64,000 nt of DNA from Bacteriovoracia bacterium. GTDB taxonomy: Bacteria; Bdellovibrionota; UBA1018; CAIPTA01. Location: NCBI GenBank assembly GCA_050246755.1, contig JBFWVL010000001.1:1088001-1152000 (forward strand), in the 5' to 3' direction. Of this stretch, positions 27,895 to 37,134 are shown in pieces. Both the position numbers and the translations under genes were made by a program. The notes beneath the pieces are model-generated. The model was not told the origin of the DNA, did no database searches, and saw only the letters and a program-made list of their open reading frames with translations. How positions within the stretch are numbered: position 1 is the first letter of the stretch; each line of letters opens with the position of its first letter.

Positions 27895-29374
27895 AGCTGA
27901 AATCGTACTGGCAAAAATCGCCGCCCTCAAAGCAAAGAGTAAGGGTAAGCCACGGGTCGTTTTCGTTTCCGGAAACTTCGACGTGGTTCATCCCGGTCAC
28001 CTGCGCTTCCTGAATTTTGCCTCCGACTGCGGAGACATTCTCGTGGTGGGCGTGAACTCCGACACTAAAGGCGAGGCAAGAATTTCCGAAGGCTTACGGA
28101 TCGAATCGCTACGATCGCTGAGCATGGTCGATTACGCCTTCATCCTCCGCGAGTCCGCTGGAGAATTCATCGAAAAACTCAAACCAGATTTCGTGGTGAA
28201 GGGAAAAGAGTACGAAGAATTAGAAAACGAGGAGCTGGATGCCACCGTAAAAAACGGCGGGAAACTTTTGTTCAGCTCGGGCGATATTGTTTTTTCCTCG
28301 CGAGATCTACTTCAGAAAGAGCTCGAACAGATCAATTACTCCAGCATCCGCCTTTCGAAAGAATTTCCGGTACGACACCGTTTTGATTTCGCGAAGCTGA
28401 AGAAAATATTGGCGCGGTTCACCGAACTGAAAGTTACGGTGCTCGGCGATTTGATCATCGACGACTATATTACCTGCGAGCCGCTAGGAATGTCGCAGGA
28501 AGACCCCACCATCGTGGTGGCCCCCGTCCAAACGAATCGCTTCCTGGGAGGCGCCGGCATCGTGGCCGCTCACGCACGTGCCCTCGGCGCCCAAGTAAAA
28601 TTTTTTTGCCTTTCGGGCCTCGATGAAGCCGCCGCATTCGCCAAGGAAAACCTTGCCAAGCACGGCGTGGAAGCCACGCTCTTCGAAGACGAAACCCGCC
28701 CCACCACGCTCAAGCAGCGTTTTCGTGCTCACGGGAAGACTCTATTGCGCGTGAGCCATCTCAAGCAGCACGAGATCGACCAAAAGATGATCGCGAAAAT
28801 TTTACCCAAGATCATCGCGGCCTGCGAAGCATCCGACCTGGTGATTTTTTCGGATTTCAGCTATGGATTTCTCTCGGCGCAGCTCGTGAACGAAATCACC
28901 CGCGCTTGCGTAGCCAAGGGCATCAAAATGGTGGGCGATAGCCAGTCTTCTTCGCAGGTGGGCGATATCCTGAAATTCAAGAACACCCTCCTCATCACTC
29001 CCACGGAACGCGAGGCGAGGCTCGCCCTGCAGGACTTCAAATCCGGGCTCGTAGTGCTCGCCAACGAGCTTCAGCGCCAATGCTCGTCCAGAAACGTGAT
29101 CATCACGCTGGGTTCCGAAGGAATCCTCGCGCATTCGAACCGCGAGGGCTCCAACGATATCGTGACCGACCAGCTTCCCGCGTTTAACTCTTCCCCTAAA
29201 GACGTGGCGGGCGCCGGAGATTCCCTTCTCACCTGCAGCTCCCTTGCTCTCGTGGCGGGCGCCAGCATCTGGGAGAGCGCCTACCTCGGCAGCGTAGCGG
29301 CCGCCTGCCAAGTAAGCCGCACCGGAAATATTCCGCTCTCGCTCGAAGCCATTCTGCAGGAGCTTTCACAATAG
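27884..29374 (+). CDS. Bifunctional HldE/RfaE-like protein, N-terminal nucleotidyltransferase plus C-terminal PfkB kinase
   Basis: GNFDVVHPGH and VKGKEY at the N-terminus; GGAGIVA, ITPTEREA and DVAGAGD at the C-terminus. ATG 27884 follows GGAGG. Confidence 0.88.
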   Translation: MADEAEIVLAKIAALKAKSKGKPRVVFVSGNFDVVHPGHLRFLNFASDCGDILVVGVNSDTKGEARISEGLRIESLRSLSMVDYAFILRESAGEFIEKLKPDFVVKGKEYEELENEELDATVKNGGKLLFSSGDIVFSSRDLLQKELEQINYSSIRLSKEFPVRHRFDFAKLKKILARFTELKVTVLGDLIIDDYITCEPLGMSQEDPTIVVAPVQTNRFLGGAGIVAAHARALGAQVKFFCLSGLDEAAAFAKENLAKHGVEATLFEDETRPTTLKQRFRAHGKTLLRVSHLKQHEIDQKMIAKILPKIIAACEASDLVIFSDFSYGFLSAQLVNEITRACVAKGIKMVGDSQSSSQVGDILKFKNTLLITPTEREARLALQDFKSGLVVLANELQRQCSSRNVIITLGSEGILAHSNREGSNDIVTDQLPAFNSSPKDVAGAGDSLLTCSSLALVAGASIWESAYLGSVAAACQVSRTGNIPLSLEAILQELSQ

Positions 29375-30081
29375 TGCGTGCCTTGCTTTTAGCCGGAGGG
29401 TACGGAACGCGGCTTCGCCCCCTTACGCTTACTATTCCTAAATGCTTGGTTCCCATTCATGGACGCCCCCTCCTCGATTACTGGCTCGAGACTCTCGATT
29501 CCCCCAAGATCGACGGGATTCTGGTGAATACCCACTATAAACCGGAAGCCGTAAACGAGTTTATCGCCCAAAGCCGGCACCGGAAAAAAGTTACCCTGGT
29601 GCATGAGCCCAGCCTGCTCGGCACGGGGGGCACGATTCTGGCCAACGAAAGCTTCTTCGGCGGCGAAGATTTTATGGTAGTGCACGCCGATAATTTATCG
29701 CTTTTTCGTGTAGAAGACTTTATCCAGGCCCACAAAAACCGCCCCGAGAATTGCCTGATCACGATGATGACTTTCGAAACCGACTCTCCCTCCACCTGCG
29801 GGATCGTGGAACTCGACGCGAAGGGCTTGGTGCGAGCCTTTCACGAAAAAGTGCCCAATCCCCCTGGAAACCTGGCCAATGGCGCGGTTTATATCTTTTC
29901 GCCCGAAGTAATGACGATGCTAAAAGCTTTACGAAAGCCGGTGATAGATCTCAGCACCGAGATTCTTCCCCGGTGCCTCGGCAGAATCCTTACTTTCAAG
30001 AATACGCGGTACCACCGCGATATCGGCTCGCCCGAAGCGCTCGCGCTCGCGGAATCCGAAACGAAAAACCTGCTTACTTAA
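29374..30081 (+). CDS. Sugar-1-phosphate nucleotidyltransferase (HddC-like)
   Basis: LAGGYGTRLRPLT..PKCLVPI, LLGTGG, ANGAVY, DIGSPE. Confidence 0.88.
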   Translation: MRALLLAGGYGTRLRPLTLTIPKCLVPIHGRPLLDYWLETLDSPKIDGILVNTHYKPEAVNEFIAQSRHRKKVTLVHEPSLLGTGGTILANESFFGGEDFMVVHADNLSLFRVEDFIQAHKNRPENCLITMMTFETDSPSTCGIVELDAKGLVRAFHEKVPNPPGNLANGAVYIFSPEVMTMLKALRKPVIDLSTEILPRCLGRILTFKNTRYHRDIGSPEALALAESETKNLLT

Positions 30082-31139
30082 ACGAGATCCCAGGTAACGG
30101 CCGTGCCTTTTTTCGCGTCCTTCTTCACCGGACGGCCGAGCAACGTATCGTAGAATTTAGGCGCCAAGCCAAAACCCGGACGAACCGCGCGCAAATTTTT
30201 CGGCGTGAGCCTTTCACCGGCCTTCACGTCTTCCGCAATGTAGAGCGAGCGACGAAACTGGAGAGATTTCACCTCTTCACCGATGGGTCCGTAACTGACC
30301 ACGCCCATGGCTTGCTTCGCTCTCTCGGTTTCCAATACCAAACTCTTCATTTCCTCGGGCTCAAGCGAAAACGCCGAATCCACTCCGCCGTCGGCGCGGC
30401 GAAGCGTGAAGTGCTTTTCGATCACGCAGGCGCCCAGCGCCACGCTCGCCACCGAAACTCCGTTACCCATCGTATGATCGGATAAACCCACGTGGCATCG
30501 AAATAAATCTCGCATGTGCGGAATGGTGGAAATATTGGTGTTCTTCGGCGTAGCGGGATAGCTGCTCGTGCACTTCAGCAGGATGATCTGCTCGTTGCCC
30601 GATTCGCGGATCGCCTTCACCGCATCATCCAGATCCGCGATACTAGCCATGCCGGTAGAAATAATGACGGGTTTGCCGGTTTTGGCTACTTTACGAATGA
30701 GCGGGATATGAACGTTCTCGAAAGAAGCAATTTTGTAAAAAGGGTTATTTAGGCCTTCGAGAAAATCCACCGCGGTTTCATCGAACGGCGTGCTGAAGCA
30801 AATCAAACCTAGAGAAGCGGCTTTATCGTAAATCTGCTTATGCCATTCCCAGGGCGTATAGGCCTTTTTATAAAGATCGTACAAGCGCTCCCCGCTCCAG
30901 AGGCTGTTCTTGTCCTTCACTTGAAAATCTTCCGCGTCGGAATCCAGGGTGATGGTATCGGCGGTATAGGTTTGGATTTTAATCGCATCCACGCCGGTTT
31001 TGGCGGCGGCCTCGATAATCTCAAAAGCGCGCTCGATCGAGTGGTTATGGTTTCCGCTCATTTCGGCGATCACGAAAGGCTTATGGGAATCGCCCACCCA
31101 TTTATTGCCTAATTGAATATCCTTCATAGGGTTCATCAT
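30078..31139 (-). CDS. pseI: Pseudaminic acid synthase
   Basis: IAEMSGNHN, KIQTYT, YTPWEWH, KIASFE, LKCTSSYP, GLSDHT, EKHFTL, DSAFSLEP, C-terminal SAF domain. Confidence 0.93.
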   Translation of the reverse strand: MMNPMKDIQLGNKWVGDSHKPFVIAEMSGNHNHSIERAFEIIEAAAKTGVDAIKIQTYTADTITLDSDAEDFQVKDKNSLWSGERLYDLYKKAYTPWEWHKQIYDKAASLGLICFSTPFDETAVDFLEGLNNPFYKIASFENVHIPLIRKVAKTGKPVIISTGMASIADLDDAVKAIRESGNEQIILLKCTSSYPATPKNTNISTIPHMRDLFRCHVGLSDHTMGNGVSVASVALGACVIEKHFTLRRADGGVDSAFSLEPEEMKSLVLETERAKQAMGVVSYGPIGEEVKSLQFRRSLYIAEDVKAGERLTPKNLRAVRPGFGLAPKFYDTLLGRPVKKDAKKGTAVTWDLV

Positions 31140-31143
31140 AGTC

Positions 31144-32214
31144 CTACTTTTGCTCGCGCACCATGGCTTCGACCACCCTGGCGCTGCCTTTGGTATCAAC
31201 AGTTTTCATCGCCAACGCTGAACAGTCAGCTAGCTCTCGGGGCCGCTGAAACAGTTCGGTCGCCTTTCGCCGTAAAAGCTCCGCGGTCACGATTTCGCTG
31301 CTGCCTGCCAGCCATTGCACGCCGAAAACGGCAGCCTCTTTGGTAACCACTTCCTGATTTTCCGCTACGGTGGTCACCAGCGCCGGCAGCCCCAGAGCGC
31401 AACGCTCCCAGGTGGACGTACCTCCGGCTCCGAAGCTAAAATCGGCGCCGGCCATCAAATCCGCCATATTGGTCACGTCGGTATGAAGCCGAAAATTTGA
31501 TTTTCCGCCGCAAAAAGCACGAATGGCGCCTAACTGCGGATTGGAACTTCCCACCACGATGTCGGTAAAGACGCCAAAATCGGCCGCGGCTTCGGCGGCC
31601 TTCAGGGTTTCGCCCGTGGAATCAATCCCGCCGTAGAAAATTAAAATCCGCCCCACTTTACCCGTACGGAGCTTTGTCTTTTGCCGGGCAAGCGCAAATT
31701 CTTCGCGCAAAAGAGCAAACTCGGGCCCCAAAAGGCATTTGGTGCTTTGGCTGATTTGTTTTGCGTAACGCTTCAACGGCGCGGCATAAAAATTTTGGTC
31801 GAGTAAAAGATCGGCGTCGAGCATGCGATCGCCAAGGTCATCGATGACCATAATTTTTTTACCAATTTTCCTGGCGGCCATATGCCAGGAGGAGTTCAAA
31901 GCGTAGTGATCCACCACCACCCAGTCGAATCCCCCTCCCACCGTTTCGCCGGTTTCTTCGGCGTCGTCAGCCACGCTCACGCCTAGCCAAGCCGAATGAT
32001 TGGTCTCGTTCAGGTTCTGCTCTTTCGCCTTACCCAATTTTTTCAGCGGAAAATTTTTTCCGGCCAGCAGCCCCGCTAAGTTTTGGGTGATATGCCGGGC
32101 CACGAAAGTCACTTCGTGGCCGCCCTCGCGAAGTTTCAACGCCAAGGTCAAGCAACGCATTAGGTGCCCGGTACCGATGAGCGCGGAAGCATCTGCGCGC
32201 ACCAAAACCTTCAT
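31144..32214 (-). CDS. pseG: UDP-2,4-diacetamido-2,4,6-trideoxy-beta-L-altropyranose hydrolase
   Basis: RADAS..IGTGHLMRC, VVDHY, IDDL, GAGGTSTWER, AENQ. Confidence 0.92.
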   Translation of the reverse strand: MKVLVRADASALIGTGHLMRCLTLALKLREGGHEVTFVARHITQNLAGLLAGKNFPLKKLGKAKEQNLNETNHSAWLGVSVADDAEETGETVGGGFDWVVVDHYALNSSWHMAARKIGKKIMVIDDLGDRMLDADLLLDQNFYAAPLKRYAKQISQSTKCLLGPEFALLREEFALARQKTKLRTGKVGRILIFYGGIDSTGETLKAAEAAADFGVFTDIVVGSSNPQLGAIRAFCGGKSNFRLHTDVTNMADLMAGADFSFGAGGTSTWERCALGLPALVTTVAENQEVVTKEAAVFGVQWLAGSSEIVTAELLRRKATELFQRPRELADCSALAMKTVDTKGSARVVEAMVREQK

Positions 32215-33368
32215 TGAGCAATTTCCAGGAGAGCCTGAATCACGTAATCCTGCTCTTTATCCGTAAGCGCCGGATACATCGGAATAGAAATGCAGCGGGA
32301 ATAGAAACTCTCGGCTAGAGGGAAATCTCCTGGCTTCCAGCCGAGGCGTCGATAGTACGGTAGCGTATGCATCGGCACGTAATGCACTTGGGCATAGATG
32401 CCCCTCTCGCGTAAATGCGCAAAAGTTTCGGCGCGATTATTTACCTGCACTACGTAGAGATGCCAGGCGTGCTCCCGCTTCGAGGGAACGTTCGGGGAGA
32501 TCACTTTCGTATTACGAAATGCCTGTTCGTAGCGCTTGGCAATTGCCCGGCGGCGGGCAAGGCCCTGATCGGCGCGGGCGAGCTGAGTTACGCCGAGCGC
32601 CGCCTGAAAATCGGTAAGCCGGTAATTATACCCGAGCTTTTGCATCTCGTAGTACCAGGGTCCCGGGCTTTCTTGCTCAAAAAGCGCGGGATTCTTGGTG
32701 ATTCCGTGAGTACGCAGAAGAATAAGATCGTCGTAAACGGCCTTGCTTTTCACGGTGATCATTCCGCCCTCCCCGCAGGCAATATGCTTTACGGGATGAA
32801 AAGAAAAAATAGCGGCATCGGCAAGCGACGAATCTCCGCAAAGGTGTTTTTTTCCGTCGATTTTTCCCGAGAAGCTAGCCCCGGGGGCGTGGCAAGCGTC
32901 TTCGATAATCCACAGACCGAACTCATTCGCGAGCTCGCGGAACTCGGTCATATCCACCGCGAGGCCCGCGTAATCCACTGGCACGATACCGTGAAATGTT
33001 CCCTTGGGATGTGATTCTAGGAGGCGGCGCACGGCCTGGACGTCGAGCAGGAATGTTACTGGATCGATATCGGCGAAGGCTACATCACCCCCGCAGTAGC
33101 GCACGCAATTGCCGGAGGCCGCGAAGGTGATGGGGGTGGTGATCACTTTTTGGCCCGGCTTCACCTTCATGGCCATTGCCGCGAGATGCAAGGCCGCGGT
33201 TCCGTTGGAAACGGCTACGGCGTAAGGCGCCCCCACGTAGGCAGCAAATTTTTTCTCGAATTCTTCAATCTTGGGCCCCTGCGTGAGCCACTCACCCTTG
33301 AGCGCTTCCACCACAGCGGCCACATCTTCATCCGTGATGGTTTGTCGGCCGTATGGAATGGGATTCAT
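32211..33368 (-). CDS. pseC: UDP-4-amino-4,6-dideoxy-N-acetyl-beta-L-altrosamine transaminase
   Basis: IPYGRQ, LTQGP, EDACHA, FSFHPVK, GEGG, LGYNYR. Confidence 0.93.
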   Translation of the reverse strand: MNPIPYGRQTITDEDVAAVVEALKGEWLTQGPKIEEFEKKFAAYVGAPYAVAVSNGTAALHLAAMAMKVKPGQKVITTPITFAASGNCVRYCGGDVAFADIDPVTFLLDVQAVRRLLESHPKGTFHGIVPVDYAGLAVDMTEFRELANEFGLWIIEDACHAPGASFSGKIDGKKHLCGDSSLADAAIFSFHPVKHIACGEGGMITVKSKAVYDDLILLRTHGITKNPALFEQESPGPWYYEMQKLGYNYRLTDFQAALGVTQLARADQGLARRRAIAKRYEQAFRNTKVISPNVPSKREHAWHLYVVQVNNRAETFAHLRERGIYAQVHYVPMHTLPYYRRLGWKPGDFPLAESFYSRCISIPMYPALTDKEQDYVIQALLEIAQ

Positions 33369-34390
33369 GCGCGCGCGTCTACCTGAAATTCCGGCATCAC
33401 GTGCCGACGAATTTGATCGCGAATCTGCTCCACCGTGAGGAAGGAATCATTGGAGCCCGAGCTATAACGGAAACCGGGGGCCACTGGCTTCGCTTTGAAG
33501 TGTTTATTGAAGTCGACCACTTCCCAGAGAGCCGAAGACGCAGGCTGGATCACGTAGTAGGCTCCGCAATCTACGGTATTATAAGAGTCCATTTCGGTGA
33601 TCATTTCCTCATGGAGCTTTTCTCCCGGACGGATACCTACCATTTCCTGCTTCGCCGTCGGCGCAATGGCCGTGGCCACGTCGAGAATGCGGTAGGATGG
33701 AATTTTGGGAACGAAAATTTCCCCGCCCCAAGAATTCTCGATCGCCTGAAGTACGAGCTCCACGCCATCGGCCAGAGAGATATTGAACCGGGTCATTTCC
33801 GGATGAGTAATCGGCAATTTCCCGTCTTTGCGACGCTCGAGGAAGAAGGGCACCACGGAGCCACGGCTGCCGATCACGTTGCCGTAACGAACCACCGACA
33901 TGCGCAGCTTCCGCTTGCCCACGAGATTATTCGACGCCACGAAAAGCTTGTCGGAGCAAAGTTTGGTGGCACCGTAGAGATTGATGGGAGCGGCGGCCTT
34001 ATCGGTGGAAAGAGCGATCACGCGCTCCACGCCAGTAGCCATCGCGGCCGCAATCACGTTCTCGGCGCCCATGATATTCGTCTTGATGCATTCCATCGGA
34101 TTGTATTCGGCGGCAGGAACCTGCTTAAGGGCAGCGGCATGAATCACGATATCCACTTCTTCGAAAGCGAGCTTCAGGCGGTCCTGATCGCGCACGTCAC
34201 CCAAGAAAAAACGAATCTGGGGATAGCGGCTCGTAGGAAAGCGTTGTGCCATCTCGTATTGCTTGAGTTCGTCGCGCGAAAACACGATGAGCTTTTTAAT
34301 TCCGGGAAAGCGCTCTAGCGCCATTTCCACAAACTTATTTCCGAAAGAGCCGGTACCGCCGGTAACGAGAATTGTTTTATTTTTCAGCAT
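33365..34390 (-). CDS. pseB: UDP-N-acetylglucosamine 4,6-dehydratase (inverting)
   Basis: TGGTGSFG, SRDELKQ, AALKQVPAAEYNP, STDKA, NLYGATKL, RPGEKLHE. Confidence 0.95.
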   Translation of the reverse strand: MLKNKTILVTGGTGSFGNKFVEMALERFPGIKKLIVFSRDELKQYEMAQRFPTSRYPQIRFFLGDVRDQDRLKLAFEEVDIVIHAAALKQVPAAEYNPMECIKTNIMGAENVIAAAMATGVERVIALSTDKAAAPINLYGATKLCSDKLFVASNNLVGKRKLRMSVVRYGNVIGSRGSVVPFFLERRKDGKLPITHPEMTRFNISLADGVELVLQAIENSWGGEIFVPKIPSYRILDVATAIAPTAKQEMVGIRPGEKLHEEMITEMDSYNTVDCGAYYVIQPASSALWEVVDFNKHFKAKPVAPGFRYSSGSNDSFLTVEQIRDQIRRHVMPEFQVDARA

Positions 34391-34499
34391 AATCTAGACT
34401 CTCTGCACTACATGAATAAGGTTGGGTTTCTATTCGGGTTTACACTAGATCTCCCACGCTTGCCAGGGCTCTCCAAATGGCAGAAAAGAACGCCTTGCG

Positions 34500-36263
34500 T
34501 CACCGGTTCGGGCCTAGCACCACGAAATACGAATTTTCCCAAAGCACTCGGTAGTTTGCGGCCCTGAGTATCTCGTCCACCTCTCCGGCCAAGTAGTTTT
34601 CTTTACCCGAGGTCCATTGGAATTTAATCTCGGGAGCTACCGGATTAAAGGTCCATACATCCCTCAACATAGAACGAGCCGAGGGGCTTACCCTTGGCAT
34701 AAGCTCTTTCTGGCGCACTATTAGACGGGGCAGCCTCCCTCCGATAGCCAATTCTTCCAAGCGATTTTTATGATTCTTCCACCGCGCTCCCGGGTATTCC
34801 ACCAGCCCGGGATCATGTAGAAGCGGCAGGGTTCGGGTGAGTAGGTAGATTCCGGCCACGGGATAATAGGTTGGTACTCCCGAATAGACGAAAAATTCGC
34901 TGCCTTTTTCCAATCCTAATTCTTTCAACTTCGTTACTAGTCCGCGCAAGCTTTCGGCTTTGTCCAGGTAGGTGCGGAGCCCGACGGCTCCCTCGAGCCC
35001 GAAAGAAGACGTCATCCGGTATATCGGGCGCTCCAGAAAAGGAAACGTCGGCCAGAGAAGGCGTGTCACGAGAAATAGCAGCACCACTGCGCCACCTAGC
35101 CAACGAGTAGATAAATCGCGCCTTCTCTCCGGCTGGATCAACAAAGCGAAGGGGATTATCAGCCATAATCCGTATTTGAACGTCTGTACTCCCTCTAGAA
35201 ATGTACCTAGAGTGAAGGCTGACAGAGCGCCGAACGCACCGAGAAAAAAGGCGATCTCCCAGCTTTCTAAGCTTTTTCTTCTTTCCCAAAAAACAAGACC
35301 GACGAGCAAGAAGCCACCGCCGATAATCATCGCCAGTACCGTGCCGTACTTCGCGCAGGCCAGCAGGCAGACCATGAAAAGAGCAAAGCAGAAAATCCAA
35401 TTTTTCCAGCGACCGATTTTCTCCATCGCGAAATAGAACGCCGCGAATATCGTGGCGCCGATGGCAATACGTATGTAATGCCCCACGGCCCGCTCCAGCA
35501 CCACGCCCTTGGAGTAACGATGGTTGGTGGCATCGGAAATGCCGGCCCAGAAGCTCTCTATTCCCGGCAAATAGTACTCCGCCTGCCCCATCCAGAGCAG
35601 GCAAGCAAAAGCGAACGCCGTTCCGGCTACAAGACCGGCGAGAAAAAAACCGACGCCGGTTAACGAACGGGGGATATCCTTCGCCCAAAAACCGGTAAGT
35701 AAAAAAATACCGGCGATGCAACCGCCAAGAGGAAGCACGGAAGGGAGACGCGCCTGAATAGCCAGCGCGGCAGCCATCCCGGAAATGACATAAAATATTT
35801 TTTCGTTTTCTTTAATCCCCGCCGCCAAAAAGGCAAAAGCCAAGGCTCCGATCGCAGGCGGGACCACGTAATAGGAAAGCACGAAATGATCGGCCGCACT
35901 GTTCACCGCCATCAGTCCTAGCAGCAAGGGTGTGAATAGCTTTCTTGCAGGAAACAGAACCAGGAAAGCCTCGTACAAGGCGAGCAAAATACCTACCTGA
36001 AAGAAAATCCAGCCGAAGCGCACCGCCACCAGAGGAGCGTCGGGTCCGATGATTTTCCACCAGACGGCGTCTACGAAACAGCTGAACCAAACCGGTACTT
36101 GCTCGAACCAGAGCGGAAGCTCTCCGGCGGGCATTTTAGGATGGAAGGCCATCAGCCACGAAGATAAAGAATGGTAAGACTGATCGCCGAGGTCGATATC
36201 GAAAAAAATCCATGGCAGCAGCAGAAAAAAGGCGGCTAAGGCCAAATGGAACCGTGCCTTCAA
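34500..36263 (-). CDS. Multi-pass membrane protein, putative GT-C fold glycosyltransferase
   Basis: About 11-13 hydrophobic segments, acidic DIDLGD motif after TM1, soluble C-terminal domain; sits downstream of a GT2. Confidence 0.55.
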   Translation of the reverse strand: MKARFHLALAAFFLLLPWIFFDIDLGDQSYHSLSSWLMAFHPKMPAGELPLWFEQVPVWFSCFVDAVWWKIIGPDAPLVAVRFGWIFFQVGILLALYEAFLVLFPARKLFTPLLLGLMAVNSAADHFVLSYYVVPPAIGALAFAFLAAGIKENEKIFYVISGMAAALAIQARLPSVLPLGGCIAGIFLLTGFWAKDIPRSLTGVGFFLAGLVAGTAFAFACLLWMGQAEYYLPGIESFWAGISDATNHRYSKGVVLERAVGHYIRIAIGATIFAAFYFAMEKIGRWKNWIFCFALFMVCLLACAKYGTVLAMIIGGGFLLVGLVFWERRKSLESWEIAFFLGAFGALSAFTLGTFLEGVQTFKYGLWLIIPFALLIQPERRRDLSTRWLGGAVVLLFLVTRLLWPTFPFLERPIYRMTSSFGLEGAVGLRTYLDKAESLRGLVTKLKELGLEKGSEFFVYSGVPTYYPVAGIYLLTRTLPLLHDPGLVEYPGARWKNHKNRLEELAIGGRLPRLIVRQKELMPRVSPSARSMLRDVWTFNPVAPEIKFQWTSGKENYLAGEVDEILRAANYRVLWENSYFVVLGPNR

Positions 36264-36264
36264 G

Positions 36265-37134
36265 CTATGCTCCCTTCATTTCTGCGAAAGCCTCAGACAA
36301 AACGCGGGGCCGCAGGCCGATCGCGGCGTAGGTTGCTTCGCCCACTAAAGAGCTATCGGGGGAAAGTAAAAGCTCCTCGAAGCGCCCACCGGCCAGGGAG
36401 GAACGAATTTGGGAAATGTCGAAATCGTTCGCCGCCGCAAATGCCTTAAACCATTCCAATCGGGAAACGGCTTCGCTTCCGCACAGGTGAAAGATACCAA
36501 AAAGATTCTTCGTTAAAATTCTTTCGATCATTCTACCGAGGTCGGGAAGGTAGGTAGGGGTATTGATCACGTCGGCGAACGCATCTACGCCTTTTCCGGA
36601 TCGCAGCTCTTTTTCCAGCCAGCCTAGCACCGGAGAATTCTTTCCGAATACCCCACTAGTCCTGCATATCGCCGCCGTTTCACTGGACGCCAGCGCGAAC
36701 TTTTCTCCGGAGAGTTTGGTTTTCCCGTACACCAATTTGGGATCCGGATCATCCGCCTCGCGGTACCCCCCTCGATCGCAGGGAAAAACGAGGTCAGTGG
36801 ACAGGTAGACGAACTTCGCGCCGGTCACCGCGGCCGCTTCCGCCACCCATTGCGTGGCAGTGCCATTAATTTTTTCCGCCGCCGCTGGGTTGGCTTCGCA
36901 CCAGCGGACATCTTTCATGCCAGCGCAGTGAATAACCGCGTCGGGACGGATTTCCTCCAAAAGAAGCCGCGCGGCGTCTGGGCCTTGAACGAGATCCACC
37001 GCGTGATAAAAACCAACAGGAAATCCTTCTGCCTTCCGGCCCGCACCCGAAACTTGCCAATCGCGGGCGAAATGCTCGGCGATTCCCCTACCCACGAAGC
37101 CAGTGGCGCCCGTAACCAGAACTCTTTTTTTCAT
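36265..37134 (-). CDS. dTDP-4-dehydrorhamnose reductase-like SDR (RfbD family)
   Basis: TGATGFVG, STDLVF, YGKTKL, TPTY. ATG 37134 overlaps the upstream stop (ATGA). Confidence 0.85.
   Translation of the reverse strand: MKKRVLVTGATGFVGRGIAEHFARDWQVSGAGRKAEGFPVGFYHAVDLVQGPDAARLLLEEIRPDAVIHCAGMKDVRWCEANPAAAEKINGTATQWVAEAAAVTGAKFVYLSTDLVFPCDRGGYREADDPDPKLVYGKTKLSGEKFALASSETAAICRTSGVFGKNSPVLGWLEKELRSGKGVDAFADVINTPTYLPDLGRMIERILTKNLFGIFHLCGSEAVSRLEWFKAFAAANDFDISQIRSSLAGGRFEELLLSPDSSLVGEATYAAIGLRPRVLSEAFAEMKGA

Noticed and set aside
33353-35721. Long alternative ORFs (33353-34318 plus, 34813-35721 minus) and similar shadow ORFs throughout
   Set aside because: They are antisense or off-frame to well-supported genes and show no recognisable motifs.
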